DNA of 64,000 nt from Chiloscyllium plagiosum. Its lineage: Eukaryota. Positions 62,524-64,000 of this stretch are shown one piece after another. Where the stretch lies: positions 83,872-147,871 of the forward strand of contig NC_057758.1 in NCBI RefSeq assembly GCF_004010195.1. The letters are read 5' to 3'. Both the position numbers and the translations under genes were made by a program. Position 1 is the stretch's first letter. The number at the start of each line of letters is the position of its first letter. The notes below the pieces were generated by a model. That model was not told the DNA's origin and did not search any database. It was given only the letters and a program-made list of their open reading frames with translations.

Positions 62524-63629
62524 CTCACCTCAGTTCCCCCCGCCCCGTTATTTTCTGTCCATGAACCTCTGATTTGGGATTCTCCACCCGGGTCACCAGG
62601 AACATCCTTCCTGCCTTTACCACTGTTAGAATTGCTTAGGTTTCCGTGGGATCCCCCACTCCTACTTCCTTCACATTGCCAGGCAATATTGTCTTCACCA
62701 ATCCAGTCTCTCTTCAAACGCCAGCCCTGCCATGCCAGCAATTGATCCGCAAAACTCTTTGCTGCTCTACCTCCGTTGCCAGAACTTTCCTCCTCAGATG
62801 AATAGACTCTAAAACCGCTCACATAATACTTCAGGGGAGCCTTCACCCTGTACAATTTCAGCAAGACCTCCTTGCCCTCAACCCCCCCTCCCAGGTCCCT
62901 CGGGGATTAAAGTGCAAATCCCATTTACTTTCCTCTCCTCCCACAGGATTTCTGATCAGCTTCGGGTGCATAACGGGCACTCCGTGACCATTACCCTGCC
63001 CCCTGCTTCCCCAGTGTATCGCCATTCAGCGAGTGACAGTCTCAATTCGGATTAATTTGCGCTTTCAAGATCACCGTCACCGACTCGAGTTCCCAGCTTC
63101 ATAGCTTATCAATAGGAATTCGATTGTCTGGGATGTAGGGATGAGAATTGCAATCCACGGCTCCAAAGCATTAGTCGACTTCTCCTGTGTTAAACTGAAA
63201 TGTTGCTAACAGTCAGACCCTGTCTCCAGAGCTGGGTTTCGAAGAGAAGGGATGCCAGTCACTTGTGATGGTTGTCGATATTGGGGCTGCGTTCGAACGA
63301 GTGTGTCATTAAGGAGCCTGAGCAAAACTGGAATCAAAGGGTATCGGGGGCGAACCTCTCCAGTGTTTTGACTCATACCTGGCACAGAGGAAGATGGCCA
63401 TTGTTGTTAGAACTGAATCATCTCATCTCTAGGCAGGAGCTCCTCAAGGTCAAGTCCTGGGTCGGGCCATCTTCTGCTGCTTCAACAATGAACTTCCGTC
63501 GATTTAAATTAAAAAGTCAGAATTGGAGATGTTCGCCGATGATTGCACAATGCTCAGCGCCATTCAAGACTCCCCAGATGCTGTCCAGGGTCAAACGCTG
63601 CAAGTTCTGGACAATATCCGGGATTGAGA

Positions 63630-64000
63630 TTTGTTATCTTGTATTTTCGACACCGAGATGGAGGTTGAGAGATGGTTTGATTGAGACATAAGAGATAATC
63701 AGAGTATTACATAGAGTGGACAGTGAGAGGCCTTTTACTCAGATGGTGATGGCTAGCGTGAGGGGACAGAGCTCTCAATTGAGGGGTGACAGGTAGAGGA
63801 CAGATGTCAGAGGTAGTTTCTTTACTCAGAGAGTAGTCGGGACGTAGAATGCCCTGCCTGCAACAGTAGTCGACTCGCCAACGTTAAGATCATTTAATGG
63901 TCATCGGATAGTCTTATGGACGAAAATGGACGTGTGTGGGTTAGATGGGCTTCAGATTGGTTCCATCGGTCAGAGCAACTTGGAGGGTCCAAAGGCGTGC
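63630..64000 (+). mobile_element. CR1-like LINE 3' fragment, paralog of about 40060-40430
   Basis: RWRLRDGLIET and TTCTTTACTCAGAGAGTAGT. Confidence 0.75.

Overview
Repeat-rich vertebrate genomic DNA. The tRNA-derived HE1/V-SINE-type SINEs with (TCTAA)n tails, the CR1-clade LINEs and the minisatellites point to a cartilaginous fish (shark); this is an inference. The window has three N gaps. Gene content: (1) a GC-rich, single-coding-exon perforin-1-like pseudogene (3679-5387, +) with three frameshifts and a deletion of the MACPF GTHY signature; (2) a tandem cluster of minus-strand class-A orphan GPCRs of the GPR139/GPR142-like type, carried on segmental duplicons of about 15-17 kb. One GPCR copy can be assembled intact from exon 1 at 31244-31148 (too short for the ORF track) and exon 2 at 25967-25048, giving 338 aa. 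Three copies are pseudogenes and one is a fragment. Three of the four long copies show two different candidate first exons (a distal short one and a proximal long one) aimed at the same phase-1 acceptor, with different losses in different copies; the fourth copy's distal exon would fall at a gap. Also present: Penelope-type palindromic repeats, one carrying an intact-looking minimal hammerhead ribozyme core inside a 121-bp insertion flanked by 14-bp direct repeats; several near-identical tandem duplications; an inverted duplication; and conserved orphan exon-like segments. All family assignments come from recalled motifs and manual comparison, not from database searches.
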